DNA of 64,000 nucleotides from a bacterium (GTDB lineage: Bacteria > Patescibacteriota > Minisyncoccia > UBA6257 > UBA9933). Where the stretch lies: positions 100,516 to 164,515 of the forward strand of contig JAJYHZ010000002.1 of the NCBI GenBank assembly GCA_021796335.1. The letters are read 5' to 3'. Below are positions 9,034 through 19,317 of the stretch, in pieces. Position numbers and translations under genes: made by a program. The notes below the pieces were generated by a model. The model had not been told where the DNA came from, searched no databases, and saw only the letters and a program-made list of their open reading frames with translations. Numbering within the stretch: position 1 is the first letter of the stretch; every line of letters starts with the position of its first letter.

Positions 9034-11556
9034 TTATGAAAGCGCCGCGGCGGAATCGGTAAATTTTATTTCATTATTTTCTAATTTCAACAAGACTGAT
9101 TTTCCTTTATTTATTTCTCCGCGGAGAATTTTGTCGGCCAAAACGCTTTTGATTTTATCCGAAACAACTCCGCGCAAAGGCCTGGCTCCGAAAACCGGAT
9201 CATAGCCGATTCGGGCGACGTAATTTACCAATTCATCATTGAATTGTAAATTTATCCCCTGGTTTTCTTCCAAAGTTTTTACGAGATTATCCAGTTGAAG
9301 ACGCGCGATTTGAACCGTGTCTTCGATGGACAAATTTTTAAAAATAATAACATCGGAAAATCGGTTAAGCAACTCGGGTTTGAAAGACGCGGTGAGTTTC
9401 TTTTTGAAATCCTCCTTGATTTCCGAAATAGACTTTCCTTGTTCCAGCTGATCTTTTATGTAATCAGAATTGGCGTTGGAAGTGGCGATGATAATGGTAT
9501 TTTTGAAATCGACAACGCGGCCGGAGTTGTCTGTTAGGCGGCCGTCATCGAAAACCTGAAGAAATAGGTTCAGAACATCGGAATTGGCTTTTTCAAATTC
9601 ATCCAGAAGAATGAGGCAGTACGGTTTTTGAATGACGGCCTCGGTCAAGCTTCCCGTAACTTTCCCGTCCGGAGAGCCGATGAAGCGGAAAACGCTTTGT
9701 TTATCCTGATATTCGGACATATCGAACCTGATCATGGCGTCGAATGAACCGAATTGAGTTTTAGCCAAAGTTTTGGCCAATTCGGTTTTACCGACTCCGG
9801 TAGGACCGACGAATAAAAACGCAGCGATCGGCCCGGACGAACGGCCCAATCCGCTGCGGTATTCACGCAAAGATCCGGAAACCGCTTTTACCGCTTCTTC
9901 CTGATCGATTAAATCTTCATGAATGACGTTTTCTAAATTCAACAATTTTTCCGCTTCTTCCCGGGTTGTTTTATGAATGGGAATGTTAACCTTTCTTTCG
10001 CTGACGGCAATTATATGGTCGGACTTCAGAACATTATCGCCTTTTTGAGTGGCATAAGCCAAAGCTTCTTTTAGTAGATCCTCGGCGCTGGAAGGCAGCA
10101 ATTTTCGCCTAAAATACTTATGAGCCAAAACAACGGCCTGCTTAATCGCCTCAAAGCTGATAATCACTTTGTATTGGTTTTCGAGAAGCAAACTGTCGTA
10201 AGCCAAGAACCGGATTGATTCGTCTTCGGAAAGTTCATCCACTTTAATCACATCGAACGCATTCATGAAATCGCTGCGCGGTTCAATATCCTGCTTAAAA
10301 TCCCTGTAATAAGCGGAGCCGACCACGGAAAAAGCATCAGTCTTTATAGCCGGCAATATTATATCGGCGGCGTTCATGTAATGATCGCCGGAAGTGCGCA
10401 CCAGGTTATAAATGTCTGGGATGAATAAAATGACATTGCCCGCAGTCATGATTTCATCGATAACTTTATTGACTCTTCTTGAAACTTCCTGAGGATCGGC
10501 GTTTGATATCAGGCTGCTTATTTGGAGACCGACCAAGCGTTTATCAAACAGCGCTTCCGGAATTTCATCGCGAACGATTTCCGACGCCAAATGATGGACC
10601 AAAGCATCCGAACCGCTGCCCGGATCGCCGACCAGCAACACATTCGGCCGCGTCGGACGGGAAAGGACATCAACCATTTGTTTATATTCTTTTTCGTGGC
10701 CAACCAGAAATCCGGTTTTTCTGTCTCTGGCCAAATCGGTAAAATCAATACTAAAGCTGTCAAGAACGGGGGTAGGGCGCGCCGTCCAGGACCGGTTCAT
10801 AATGCGATGTCGATTTTTCGGAGAAATGACAAACCCGCCGATGGTTTCGGGCAGTTTGGAAATCCAGGTTTTGTATCGATAACGGCTGAAAATAAGCGCT
10901 TTATTCAAATCGTCGGCGTCGATGGAGAACATATAAAAAATCTTTTTGACGCTTTCGCCGCCGATATGTCCCAGCGAGGAAAAAATATGGCTGACATCTA
11001 TGTAATCGGAATTTTCGAAAAAGGCCTCAAGAAAAGCATTCTTGATTAAAAGGCTTGTTTTTTCAAATACTTGTTTTTGATTTTCTTTTATTTCTTTTCT
11101 TGATTTTGAAATTTCTTCGTCTAATTTCTGCTCAAATTCCTCAGGGGAAACTTCGAGACGCCAGAGAGCCCCTCTTATGCCTTTGTTTTTCATTAAGAGT
11201 TGCATCAGATTAAGATGGAAATCGCCACCGACTATAATCGTTCTGTCATAAGATTTTTCGATGGTGTGAAAAACCCGCGGCAGCAAATAATCCATCGCAT
11301 CGGCGCCGCTAATCGTTTCTTGGTTAAGTTCATTTAGAGAGTGCAACGGTTTGTTCAAGTGTATGAATCGATTGGCTAAAAACAAAAGAAATAACGCGCC
11401 CACCCATTTAAGCCAAATAATTTCGAAAGCGACGAATAAAACGGAGGCTATCGCAAAAATGATATAAAAGGAAAAATAAATCAGGCGCCACAAAAATCGC
11501 AAAAAAGGCGAAAATTCAAGGCGCGGCTCAGAAAAATAAATTTTGTTTAAATCCAT
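9034..11556 (-). CDS. Membrane-anchored ClpA/B-family AAA+ ATPase
   Basis: N-terminal TM helices; AAA-2 with GPTGVGKT, RFDMSEY, LLDEFEK, FKPELLNR and GARPLR; AAA-1 degenerate. Confidence 0.88.
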   Translation of the reverse strand: MDLNKIYFSEPRLEFSPFLRFLWRLIYFSFYIIFAIASVLFVAFEIIWLKWVGALFLLFLANRFIHLNKPLHSLNELNQETISGADAMDYLLPRVFHTIEKSYDRTIIVGGDFHLNLMQLLMKNKGIRGALWRLEVSPEEFEQKLDEEISKSRKEIKENQKQVFEKTSLLIKNAFLEAFFENSDYIDVSHIFSSLGHIGGESVKKIFYMFSIDADDLNKALIFSRYRYKTWISKLPETIGGFVISPKNRHRIMNRSWTARPTPVLDSFSIDFTDLARDRKTGFLVGHEKEYKQMVDVLSRPTRPNVLLVGDPGSGSDALVHHLASEIVRDEIPEALFDKRLVGLQISSLISNADPQEVSRRVNKVIDEIMTAGNVILFIPDIYNLVRTSGDHYMNAADIILPAIKTDAFSVVGSAYYRDFKQDIEPRSDFMNAFDVIKVDELSEDESIRFLAYDSLLLENQYKVIISFEAIKQAVVLAHKYFRRKLLPSSAEDLLKEALAYATQKGDNVLKSDHIIAVSERKVNIPIHKTTREEAEKLLNLENVIHEDLIDQEEAVKAVSGSLREYRSGLGRSSGPIAAFLFVGPTGVGKTELAKTLAKTQFGSFDAMIRFDMSEYQDKQSVFRFIGSPDGKVTGSLTEAVIQKPYCLILLDEFEKANSDVLNLFLQVFDDGRLTDNSGRVVDFKNTIIIATSNANSDYIKDQLEQGKSISEIKEDFKKKLTASFKPELLNRFSDVIIFKNLSIEDTVQIARLQLDNLVKTLEENQGINLQFNDELVNYVARIGYDPVFGARPLRGVVSDKIKSVLADKILRGEINKGKSVLLKLENNEIKFTDSAAALS

Positions 11557-11575
11557 ACTCATTACTAATGAAAAA

Positions 11576-11956
11576 TTAGATTCCTATTTTAAAAATATTC
11601 ACAACCGGATTGTAATCTATTATTTTGAAAATTATATAAAGGGGAATCGCCGCCCAGATGATGAACATTGCGGCGGCGATGATAATAACGAACAGATAAA
11701 TTATCCCGCCGATCATTAGCCGTAAAGAACGAAATACAAAACCCAGAACATACCCTATTATGCTGTGATCCTGATAAAGAGGCTTAAAAAGGAAACGCCA
11801 AGTTATTTTAAGGGCAAAAATTTTGTCCAAACTTTCCAAAAGAATCAAAGTCCTGTGAGCGTGAAAAATAAATCCGCGCAAATACCACTGCCGGATAAAT
11901 TCAGAAATCCGGAAAATAAAACGATTGAAAGCAAAAATAATGAAATCACCAAGCAT
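11576..11956 (-). CDS. Small membrane protein upstream of the Clp ATPase
   Basis: LFKPLYQD..IIGYVLGFVFR, hydrophobic, co-oriented and closely spaced with the ATPase gene. Confidence 0.7.
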   Translation of the reverse strand: MLGDFIIFAFNRFIFRISEFIRQWYLRGFIFHAHRTLILLESLDKIFALKITWRFLFKPLYQDHSIIGYVLGFVFRSLRLMIGGIIYLFVIIIAAAMFIIWAAIPLYIIFKIIDYNPVVNIFKIGI

Positions 11957-12096
11957 ATTAAATAGAATTTAGAATATCGTCCGCCACGGCGGATAGGATT
12001 CAGTGAAAGCGTATTATAAAAATCCTATTGAAAAATTATACTATATACGTTTATTTAATAAAACGGACTAGTCGAATGAACTAAAATCCAAACTAG

Positions 12097-12141
12097 AATC
12101 AAATTTTGAGCGATCGCTCAAAATTTGATTGGTTATCCACA
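12097..12141 (+). repeat. 34-bp perfect palindrome plus TTATCCACA (copy A)
   Basis: AATCAAATTTTGAGCGATCGCTCAAAATTTGATT-GG-TTATCCACA. Confidence 0.9.
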
Positions 12142-12204
12142 ATCACATAACAACGCAACAAAAAGGGGCGCAAGATGCGCCCCGAAATTTTGAAAAAGAA
12201 GTTT

Positions 12205-12452
12205 TTACCTGGCTACTTTAAGCCAGAGCTTGGACATAACCTCGTAATTTACAACTCCGAAAATCGCGCCGACAAAACTGCCGATTATGGCGTGGCCGGC
12301 GAAATAACCGATTCCGGCGCCAATGGCCGAATCCACTCCTCAAAGCAGATGTTCGCCTGAATGAATAAGCAAGAAAAGGTATTTGAAAAATTTGCCGACG
12401 AGCTTTCCCAAGGTTAACAATGCCAAGATAATCAGGAAAAATTTTTCGTTCC
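12205..12452 (-). pseudogene. C-terminal remnant of a membrane protein with an internal TGA
   Basis: Reads FLIILALLTLGKLVGKFFKYLFLLIHSGEHLL*GVDSAIGAGIGYFAGHAIIGSFVGAIFGVVNYEVMSKLWLKVAR*; an in-frame stop lies just upstream and there is no clear start. Confidence 0.5.
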
Positions 12453-12485
12453 GTTAAGTATGACCTATAAAAAATGACCGAACCT

Positions 12486-12509
12486 AAAGCCCCGCTTTCG
12501 CGGGGCTTT
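12486..12509 (-). terminator. Intrinsic terminator-like hairpin
   Basis: AAAGCCCCGC-TTTC-GCGGGGCTTT downstream of 12535..13212. Confidence 0.7.
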
Positions 12510-12534
12510 GATTTTCTTACTCCTTTAAGAAAAA

Positions 12535-13212
12535 CTATTCGGTCTGCTGCTTCAGCTTTTCAATCAAACGTGCGGCGTAATCCTTACCTCCCAAACCGAA
12601 GGCAATACCGCCGGCCAAAGCCAGCATGGCGATAATACCGGTAATTATTGTCTGAAGAACATAAACATTAATGCCAAGCTGCATTAATGCCGTAATGGTT
12701 CCGAAAACGACAATAACCCACCAGATAAACGTTCCCAAGAATTTGGATGCCTGAAGTTTCGCGCTCATCACCGAAGCGGTAGTCAATGTTCTGATAAAAT
12801 TCGCAACAACAAAAGTGGCTATCATGATCAAGATTGCCACAACTATGTTGGGAATATAAAGCAAAACCTGCTGCAAGAAACTTGAAAAAACATCAAGTCC
12901 CAAAATATTGGTAAATGCCAAGACAAAGGCAATAACGAAAAACCAGTAAACGATTCTTCCTAGAAATCTTCCGGAATTAAGTTTAATTCCTCCCCTTTCT
13001 ATATACGTGTCTACTCCGATTTTCTTCAATAAAGTGTCAAGCTTGATTCCTTTGATGATTTGTTCGACAACAGTTCCGAAAACCGCAGCAATAATCAATC
13101 CGATAATCAAAACGATAATCGCACCGATCAATTTAGGAAGAAAAGCGATGACACCCGCCCAAACACCTATTAATGATTCGTAGAGTGTGCTTGCCAAGTT
13201 TTGAAAAAACAT
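12535..13212 (-). CDS. CmpX-like conserved-TM-helix (MscS-associated) membrane protein
   Basis: FLPKLIGAIIVL, YIPNIVVAILI and ALAGGIAFGLGGKD. Confidence 0.82.
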   Translation of the reverse strand: MFFQNLASTLYESLIGVWAGVIAFLPKLIGAIIVLIIGLIIAAVFGTVVEQIIKGIKLDTLLKKIGVDTYIERGGIKLNSGRFLGRIVYWFFVIAFVLAFTNILGLDVFSSFLQQVLLYIPNIVVAILIMIATFVVANFIRTLTTASVMSAKLQASKFLGTFIWWVIVVFGTITALMQLGINVYVLQTIITGIIAMLALAGGIAFGLGGKDYAARLIEKLKQQTE

Positions 13213-13470
13213 ACGTTTTTAATTTTTCCGACCTTTTCTTTTATTTTTCATAACCTGAAACCAGGTATGAAATTTATTTCAGATTTATTATAGCAACTTG
13301 AGATATAAAATAAAATGAGTTATCAACAATCCGACGAATGGTTAATGGATTAGGGCCAATGACACAAACTATCAATTGTTTTTTATTAGTCATTAATCAT
13401 GAGCCATTTGCTCTTTGTCATAAGCCATTAGCTATTCTTAATTCTTGCGACTTATGATAAGATTGCACAA

Positions 13471-13827
13471 ATGAAATTGCTGTCGAAACTGATCTTCGCT
13501 TATATTACAAATCTTTTATCGCTGTTTTTAGCGTCATATTTGGTGAAAGGATTTTTGGTAGATTTAAGTTTAAAAAATTTTTTGATTGTTGGCCTTATTT
13601 TTACGGTTATAAACTTGTTGATAAGGCCAATCTTCAAGTTTATTCTAAGTCCGATTATTATTCTGACTTTGGGTTTAGGCATAATAATAGTAAATGCCCT
13701 GATGCTTTATTTGCTTGATTATTTCTCGAAAAGTGTTACGATTGTTGATATTGCTTCTTTAGCATATGCCGCTTTAATCGTAAGCGCGGTCAATATAGTT
13801 ATGCATTTTATATCAAAAGCTAAATAA
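13471..13827 (+). CDS. Phage holin family (YvlD-like) membrane protein
   Basis: INLLIRPIFKFILSPIIILTLGL..IIVNA motif. Confidence 0.8.
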   Translation: MKLLSKLIFAYITNLLSLFLASYLVKGFLVDLSLKNFLIVGLIFTVINLLIRPIFKFILSPIIILTLGLGIIIVNALMLYLLDYFSKSVTIVDIASLAYAALIVSAVNIVMHFISKAK

Positions 13828-13873
13828 TTAATTATTATTTGGTTCACGAGTTAATAACGAATTGGGAATTTTA

Positions 13874-14095
13874 ATGAAGATACTATCTATCGCACAAATC
13901 GTGGTTTCCGTTATACTAGTAGTTCTCATTTTGCTTCAGGAAAGATCGTCCGGAGTCGGCGGAGTTTTCGGAGGCGGCACCACGGAAGTTTATCAAAAAA
14001 GGCGCGGAGTGGAGCGGCTGATTTTTGCCGCAACAATCATTTTGGCGATAGCATTCCCGATTTTGGCAATTCTCAATTTCATACTCATTAAATAA
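13874..14095 (+). CDS. secG: Preprotein translocase subunit SecG
   Basis: ILLQERSSGVGGVFGG...RRGVE with two TMs. Confidence 0.88.
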   Translation: MKILSIAQIVVSVILVVLILLQERSSGVGGVFGGGTTEVYQKRRGVERLIFAATIILAIAFPILAILNFILIK

Positions 14096-14110
14096 ATCGG
14101 CTGAAGCCGG

Positions 14111-15751
14111 TTGAAGACTTATTTGAGGTACGTTTTTTCACAAATTTTTCTTTCTTTTTCTAAAAAAGAACGGTATTGGTTTATCGGGGCTTTTTTGATT
14201 TTCATAATTTCTTTTATCGCTTTTTTAATCTTTTTCATACAAAGCAATACGGTTATGAAGCCGGCCGGCGGAGGCGAATACACGGAAGGAATTGTGGGGC
14301 AGCCGGCATTTATCAATCCCCTTTTTGCCGATGAAAACAACGCGGATCAGGATATAACCGAACTTACTTTTTCCGATCTGAAAAATATGATTGACAGCTA
14401 TCAGGTAAGTCCGGACAATAAGACTTTTGATGTCAGATTAAAACCTGATATTTTTTGGCAAGACAATCAGCCGATTACTTCCGACGACGTGCTTTTTACG
14501 ATCAGCGCGGTTCAAGATCCGGACATCAATTCTCCGCAAGCGGCAAGCTGGCAAGGAGTAAAGGCGGAAAGAATCAGCGAGAGGGAATTCCAGCTGATTC
14601 TGCCCCAGCCTTATGCATATTTCGAGAATATCCTTTTAGATTTCAAGCCGATTCCAAAGCATATTTTTGAAAATATCCCTTTGACGAATTTACGGCTTTC
14701 AGAATACAATCTTGAGCCCGTCGGAAGCGGTCCTTACAAATTTACGGGGTATGATAAAAGACGGGATGGATTTGTCACTAAATATTCGGTGGAAAAATCC
14801 GATAGCTACTTCGGCCCGAAACCATATATTCAAAAAATGAATTTCAATTTTTATACCGATGATTCAGAATTGGTAAAAGCATTCAATTCAAGCAATATTG
14901 ACGGATTTGCCGTAAATAATTTCAGCCAACTGAACGACATAACCATACCGCATCAAACTTTTGACATTAAAATGCCGCGCTATTATGCAGTCTTTTTCAA
15001 CCAGGCAAATAATCCGTTGCTGGCCGATAAAAATTTGAGGATAGCTTTAAATAGCGCGATAAACAAGCAAAGAATCGTAAACGATGTTTTTGGCGGAAAA
15101 GCAATCACGATTGACGGACCGATTGTTTTGGACAATTCAAATAATGACGAGTACAATGTAGATTATGCAAACCAACTTCTTGATTCGGAAGGATGGCAAA
15201 TGACCGATTCCGGAGTCAGGGTGAAAGGCAACGATAGACTGGAATTCAACCTTACGGTTTACCCGATTCCGTTTTTAATAGATACGGCAAAGATGATTCA
15301 GGAAGATTGGTCGAAAATCGGCGTACGAGCGGATATCAATCTGGCGACGCTGAACAATTTCACCGAGCAAGTCATCAGGCCAAGAAATTACGACATGCTA
15401 ATTTTCGGAAACGCGTACGGAGAGAACGAGGATCCGTATTCTTTCTGGGATTCGACCCAAAAATTTTATCCGGGCTTGAACTTCGCGCTTTATGACAATA
15501 AATCCGTTGATTCGGCAATAAACAGTATCCGAACCGAATTTGATCCGAATTTAAGGGAAGGAGAAATGGAGCAATTACAATCGGCGATTATCGCGGATCA
15601 GCCGGCTATTTTCCTATATTCTCCGGATTATATTTATATTGCCAATAATCTTCTAAAGGGATTCGAGGAGCAGAATCTTGGGCTGCCGAGCGACAGATTC
15701 GCGAACATCCAAAACTGGTTCATAAAAACAACCAGAGTACTGAAGAAATAA
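14111..15751 (+). CDS. ABC transporter substrate-binding protein, family 5 (peptide/nickel)
   Basis: EGIVGQPAFINP, WQDNQPITSDDVLFT and PVGSGPYKF. Confidence 0.9.
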   Translation: MKTYLRYVFSQIFLSFSKKERYWFIGAFLIFIISFIAFLIFFIQSNTVMKPAGGGEYTEGIVGQPAFINPLFADENNADQDITELTFSDLKNMIDSYQVSPDNKTFDVRLKPDIFWQDNQPITSDDVLFTISAVQDPDINSPQAASWQGVKAERISEREFQLILPQPYAYFENILLDFKPIPKHIFENIPLTNLRLSEYNLEPVGSGPYKFTGYDKRRDGFVTKYSVEKSDSYFGPKPYIQKMNFNFYTDDSELVKAFNSSNIDGFAVNNFSQLNDITIPHQTFDIKMPRYYAVFFNQANNPLLADKNLRIALNSAINKQRIVNDVFGGKAITIDGPIVLDNSNNDEYNVDYANQLLDSEGWQMTDSGVRVKGNDRLEFNLTVYPIPFLIDTAKMIQEDWSKIGVRADINLATLNNFTEQVIRPRNYDMLIFGNAYGENEDPYSFWDSTQKFYPGLNFALYDNKSVDSAINSIRTEFDPNLREGEMEQLQSAIIADQPAIFLYSPDYIYIANNLLKGFEEQNLGLPSDRFANIQNWFIKTTRVLKK

Positions 15752-15854
15752 AAAAATTATTTTAATTTCTGAAAATTCGAATCAGCAATTGAGATTTAAA
15801 ATAATCAGAGTAATTAGTTATCAGAATAATTCTCAATATCCTTGACATTTTTCC

Positions 15855-16190
15855 ATGAATATTAAAGAATACAAACAACGTGCCGATCTTATAAGAAACA
15901 ACGAAATCTATAAAGTTTACGATTTATCGGAAAACCTTAAAGATTTGGTTCTTTCTCTAACCGAACTTAATTACCAAAAATCAACAACCGGACATTCGCA
16001 TGCCGACGCCGATGAAGTTTACGTTTTCATCGACGGAAGAGGAATTATAGACGTAGGCAGTAAAACATTGGAAGTTCAGGGCGGCGATGTGATTATCGTT
16101 CCCCGGGGAGATTTCCATAAAGTCCATAATAAAGGCGAAGGCATTTTGAGTTTTTGGTCAATTTTTGAAAAATACGGAAACAGGAAATAG
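15855..16190 (+). CDS. Cupin-domain protein
   Basis: GHSH...DEVYVFIDGRG and GDVIIVPRGDFHKVHN. Confidence 0.88.
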   Translation: MNIKEYKQRADLIRNNEIYKVYDLSENLKDLVLSLTELNYQKSTTGHSHADADEVYVFIDGRGIIDVGSKTLEVQGGDVIIVPRGDFHKVHNKGEGILSFWSIFEKYGNRK

Positions 16191-16231
16191 AAAAAATCTA
16201 ATTTCTAATTAACTTAAACAATTAAGTATTT

Positions 16232-16315
16232 GCCCAGGTGGTGAAATTGGCAGACACGCAGCGTTCAGGTCGCTGTGAGGGCAACCTCGTGGGAGTTCAA
16301 CTCTCCCCCTGGGCA
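16232..16315 (+). tRNA. tRNA-Leu(CAG)
   Basis: GCCCAGG...CCTGGGCA; anticodon arm CAGCG-TTCAGGT-CGCTG; CCA not encoded. Confidence 0.95.
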
Positions 16316-16397
16316 CAATAAATAAATTACAAAATTGTAGATCGAAAAAACACAAGATTGTTTTTAATTTTCGATTTTCAATTTTTAATAAACATCA

Positions 16398-18176
16398 ATG
16401 ATTAGAACAAAAATAAACCGCGAAATAACAGAAAGAAAAATAAACAGAACACAAAGGCCCAGAATATCTCCAAGAATATCCAGGCAGCCTAAAACAATCC
16501 GGGAAGCAAAAGATCAGGGCATTTTAAGGTTCGCGGCCTTGGGCGGATTGGAGGAGATCGGAAGAAACATGTCCGTTTTCGAATATAACGGGGATTTAAT
16601 ATTGATTGATGCGGGAGTTTTATTTCCGGGAGAAAGTACGCCGGGAATCGATTACATTATTCCCAATGTCAGCTATCTTGAGCCGCAAAAAGACAGGATA
16701 AAGGCGATGATCGTTACCCACGGCCATTACGACCATATCGGAGCAATCCCCTATCTGATGGAAAAATTGGGCAATCCGACGATTTATACGACTGCCATGA
16801 CCAAGGAAATAATCAAGAAGAGGCAGGAGGATTTTCCGAATGCTCCGAAACTGGATTTTGAACTGATTAAAAATCATGACAAAATCAGAATTTCCGACGA
16901 CGTGGAAATAGAATTTTTCGGAATTATTCACAGTATACCCGATACCGTTAGTTTGCTTATTAAAACTCCGGTGGGAAATTTCGTTTATTGTACGGATGTA
17001 AAATTCGATTACGATGAAAAAGGGACTGTCTTGGGCTTAGACGAGTTTGAATGGGCAGGCAAGCAGAATATTCATACCTTATTTTTGGAAAGCACGAATG
17101 CAGAAGTCGCGGGAACTTCCGTTTCGGAAAAATTAGTGGAGAAAAATATCGACGACATTTTCAACAAAGCGAAAGGAAGAGTCATTATCGGAACTTTCGC
17201 CTCGATGCTGACCAGGATCGCGGAAATCGTAAAAATGGCGGAAAAGCACGACCGCAAGGTTTTCTTCTCCGGATTATCGATGAAAACCAATGTTCAGATT
17301 GCGCAAAATCTGGGATATATAAAAGTCAAAAAAGGAACGGTGATTCCACTGGATGAACTGCATAAATATAAAGACGACAAGATTCTGATTCTATCAACCG
17401 GAGCGCAAGGAGAACCGAATGCAAGTTTGATGAAAATAGTCAACGGCGAACACCGCCAAATTCAAATCAAACCCGGAGACACGGTGATTTTTTCCTCCTC
17501 CGTTATTCCAGGAAACGAAACTCAGGTTCAGGTTCTGAAAGACAATCTGGCCAGACAAGGCGCGAAAATTTACCATTCGAAAATCGTGGACTTGCATGCA
17601 AGCGGACACGCTACGGGAGAGGAACTGCGAAAAATAATCGAATTAGTCAAACCGCAATTCCTGTTCCCGATCCACGGACAATACTTTATGCGCTCGGTTT
17701 TGGGCGAATTGGCTCAGGAAACCGGAATTCCGAAGCAAAATATCATTCTGGCGGATAACGGCCAGGTAATCGCCTTTAAAAAAGGTTCGGCGGAGATAAC
17801 TCAGGAAACTGCGCCGGCCTATTATATTATGGTTGACGGATTGGGAGTCGGCGACGTAGGAGAAATCGTCATGCGCGACAGAAAAGTATTGGCGCAGGAA
17901 GGAATGGTGGTTGTCATCGCAACATTAGATCGCCGAACCGGAAGATTTTTGAAAAACCCCGATATCATTTCGCGCGGATTTATCTACCTTAAAGAAAACA
18001 AGGAGCTTGTCGAGGAACTGAGAAGCAAAATTAAGGGAATTATTTCGCGAATACCCAGATTTCAAACCGTTGATCCGGATTACTTGAAAGCTTTAATGCG
18101 TGACCAAATCGGCCAGTTCTTGTATAATAAAACGAATCGCAGACCGATGGTATTACCGGTAGTAATACAAGTTTAA
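16398..18176 (+). CDS. rnj: Ribonuclease J
   Basis: LGGLEEIGRNM, THGHYDHIG, STGAQGEP, LHASGH and RRPMVLPV. Confidence 0.96.
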   Translation: MIRTKINREITERKINRTQRPRISPRISRQPKTIREAKDQGILRFAALGGLEEIGRNMSVFEYNGDLILIDAGVLFPGESTPGIDYIIPNVSYLEPQKDRIKAMIVTHGHYDHIGAIPYLMEKLGNPTIYTTAMTKEIIKKRQEDFPNAPKLDFELIKNHDKIRISDDVEIEFFGIIHSIPDTVSLLIKTPVGNFVYCTDVKFDYDEKGTVLGLDEFEWAGKQNIHTLFLESTNAEVAGTSVSEKLVEKNIDDIFNKAKGRVIIGTFASMLTRIAEIVKMAEKHDRKVFFSGLSMKTNVQIAQNLGYIKVKKGTVIPLDELHKYKDDKILILSTGAQGEPNASLMKIVNGEHRQIQIKPGDTVIFSSSVIPGNETQVQVLKDNLARQGAKIYHSKIVDLHASGHATGEELRKIIELVKPQFLFPIHGQYFMRSVLGELAQETGIPKQNIILADNGQVIAFKKGSAEITQETAPAYYIMVDGLGVGDVGEIVMRDRKVLAQEGMVVVIATLDRRTGRFLKNPDIISRGFIYLKENKELVEELRSKIKGIISRIPRFQTVDPDYLKALMRDQIGQFLYNKTNRRPMVLPVVIQV

Positions 18177-18260
18177 GCATCACTAATAGGCACAAGTCTT
18201 CACAAATCACACAAATAAATTCGTGATATTTGTGCTTTATTTGTGAAAATTCATTAATCA

Positions 18261-19307
18261 ATGAAACCTATTTTGATATCAGGCATTCAGCCGAGCGGGA
18301 AATTGCATATTGGAAATTATTTCGGCGCTTTGAAAAATTTTGTCGATCTCCAGAATTCCGGACGATACCAATGCTATTTTTTTGTGGCTGATTTGCATTC
18401 GATAACCGAAGACTTTGATCCAAACAAAAAATACCAGCAAATTCGGGAGGTAATTTTGAATTATTTGGCGGCTGGAATCAAGCCGGAAAAATCCGTTTTA
18501 TTTATCCAATCACAGGTTTTGGAACATGCGGAACTTGCCTGGATTTTGAATACCATCACTCCTATTGGGGAATTAAGCAGGATGACTCAATTTAAAGAAA
18601 AAGGGGGCAAGGCTCTGCTTAGCCCAAGTGGCGGAGGTTTACTTAGCCCAGGAATTTCGCCAAATGTTGGACTTTTTGATTACCCAGTTTTGCAAGCTGC
18701 CGATATTTTGCTCTACGACGCCGAAGTGGTTCCGGTCGGAGAAGACCAAATACAGCATTTAGAATTTACCAGAACATTGGCCAGGAAATTCAATCAGAAA
18801 TTCCTGCCTACCGGCAGGCAGGCAAAAAAAATTTTTATCGAACCGAAAGAACTTTTAACTGAAACTCCAAGAATAATGAGTTTGAATAATCCGCTGAAAA
18901 AAATGTCCAAATCAATTCCGGAAGGATGCTTGTTTTTGGACGATACGGCCGATACAATCAGAGAAAAATTGAAAAGAGCCGTAACTGATTCCGGAACTGA
19001 AATTAAATATGATCCGGAAAACAAGCCGGCAGTTTCAAACTTAATCAGGATTTACAGGGCATTTTCCGGAATGACCATCAAAGAAATTGAAATTAAATTC
19101 CAATCTTCAACTTACTCCCAGTTTAAAAAAGATCTGGCGGAATCGACTGTTCTTTATTTGAAACCGTTTCAGGTTAAGAAAAAATTATTGGCAAAAAAAC
19201 CAAAGGAAATTGAAAAAATTATTGAAAAAGGGAGAAAAACAGCGCAGAAAAAAGCGGCAGATAAAATGACGGCAGTCAAAAAAGTAATCGGGCTAGAGAA
19301 AAAATAA
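18261..19307 (+). CDS. trpS: Tryptophan--tRNA ligase
   Basis: SGIQPSGKLHIGNY, YPVLQAADIL, VPVGEDQ and KMSKS. Confidence 0.97.
   Translation: MKPILISGIQPSGKLHIGNYFGALKNFVDLQNSGRYQCYFFVADLHSITEDFDPNKKYQQIREVILNYLAAGIKPEKSVLFIQSQVLEHAELAWILNTITPIGELSRMTQFKEKGGKALLSPSGGGLLSPGISPNVGLFDYPVLQAADILLYDAEVVPVGEDQIQHLEFTRTLARKFNQKFLPTGRQAKKIFIEPKELLTETPRIMSLNNPLKKMSKSIPEGCLFLDDTADTIREKLKRAVTDSGTEIKYDPENKPAVSNLIRIYRAFSGMTIKEIEIKFQSSTYSQFKKDLAESTVLYLKPFQVKKKLLAKKPKEIEKIIEKGRKTAQKKAADKMTAVKKVIGLEKK
18803..18822 (+). repeat. REP-like palindrome CCTGCCTACCGGCAGGCAGG inside trpS
   Basis: Hairpin encoding LPTGRQA; related intergenic copy at 29588-29606. Confidence 0.75.
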
Positions 19308-19317
19308 ATCTTTTATT

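Noticed and set aside
12340-12342. UGA recoding (genetic code 25)
   Set aside because: Many genes in the window end at TGA and none of the long genes needs readthrough.
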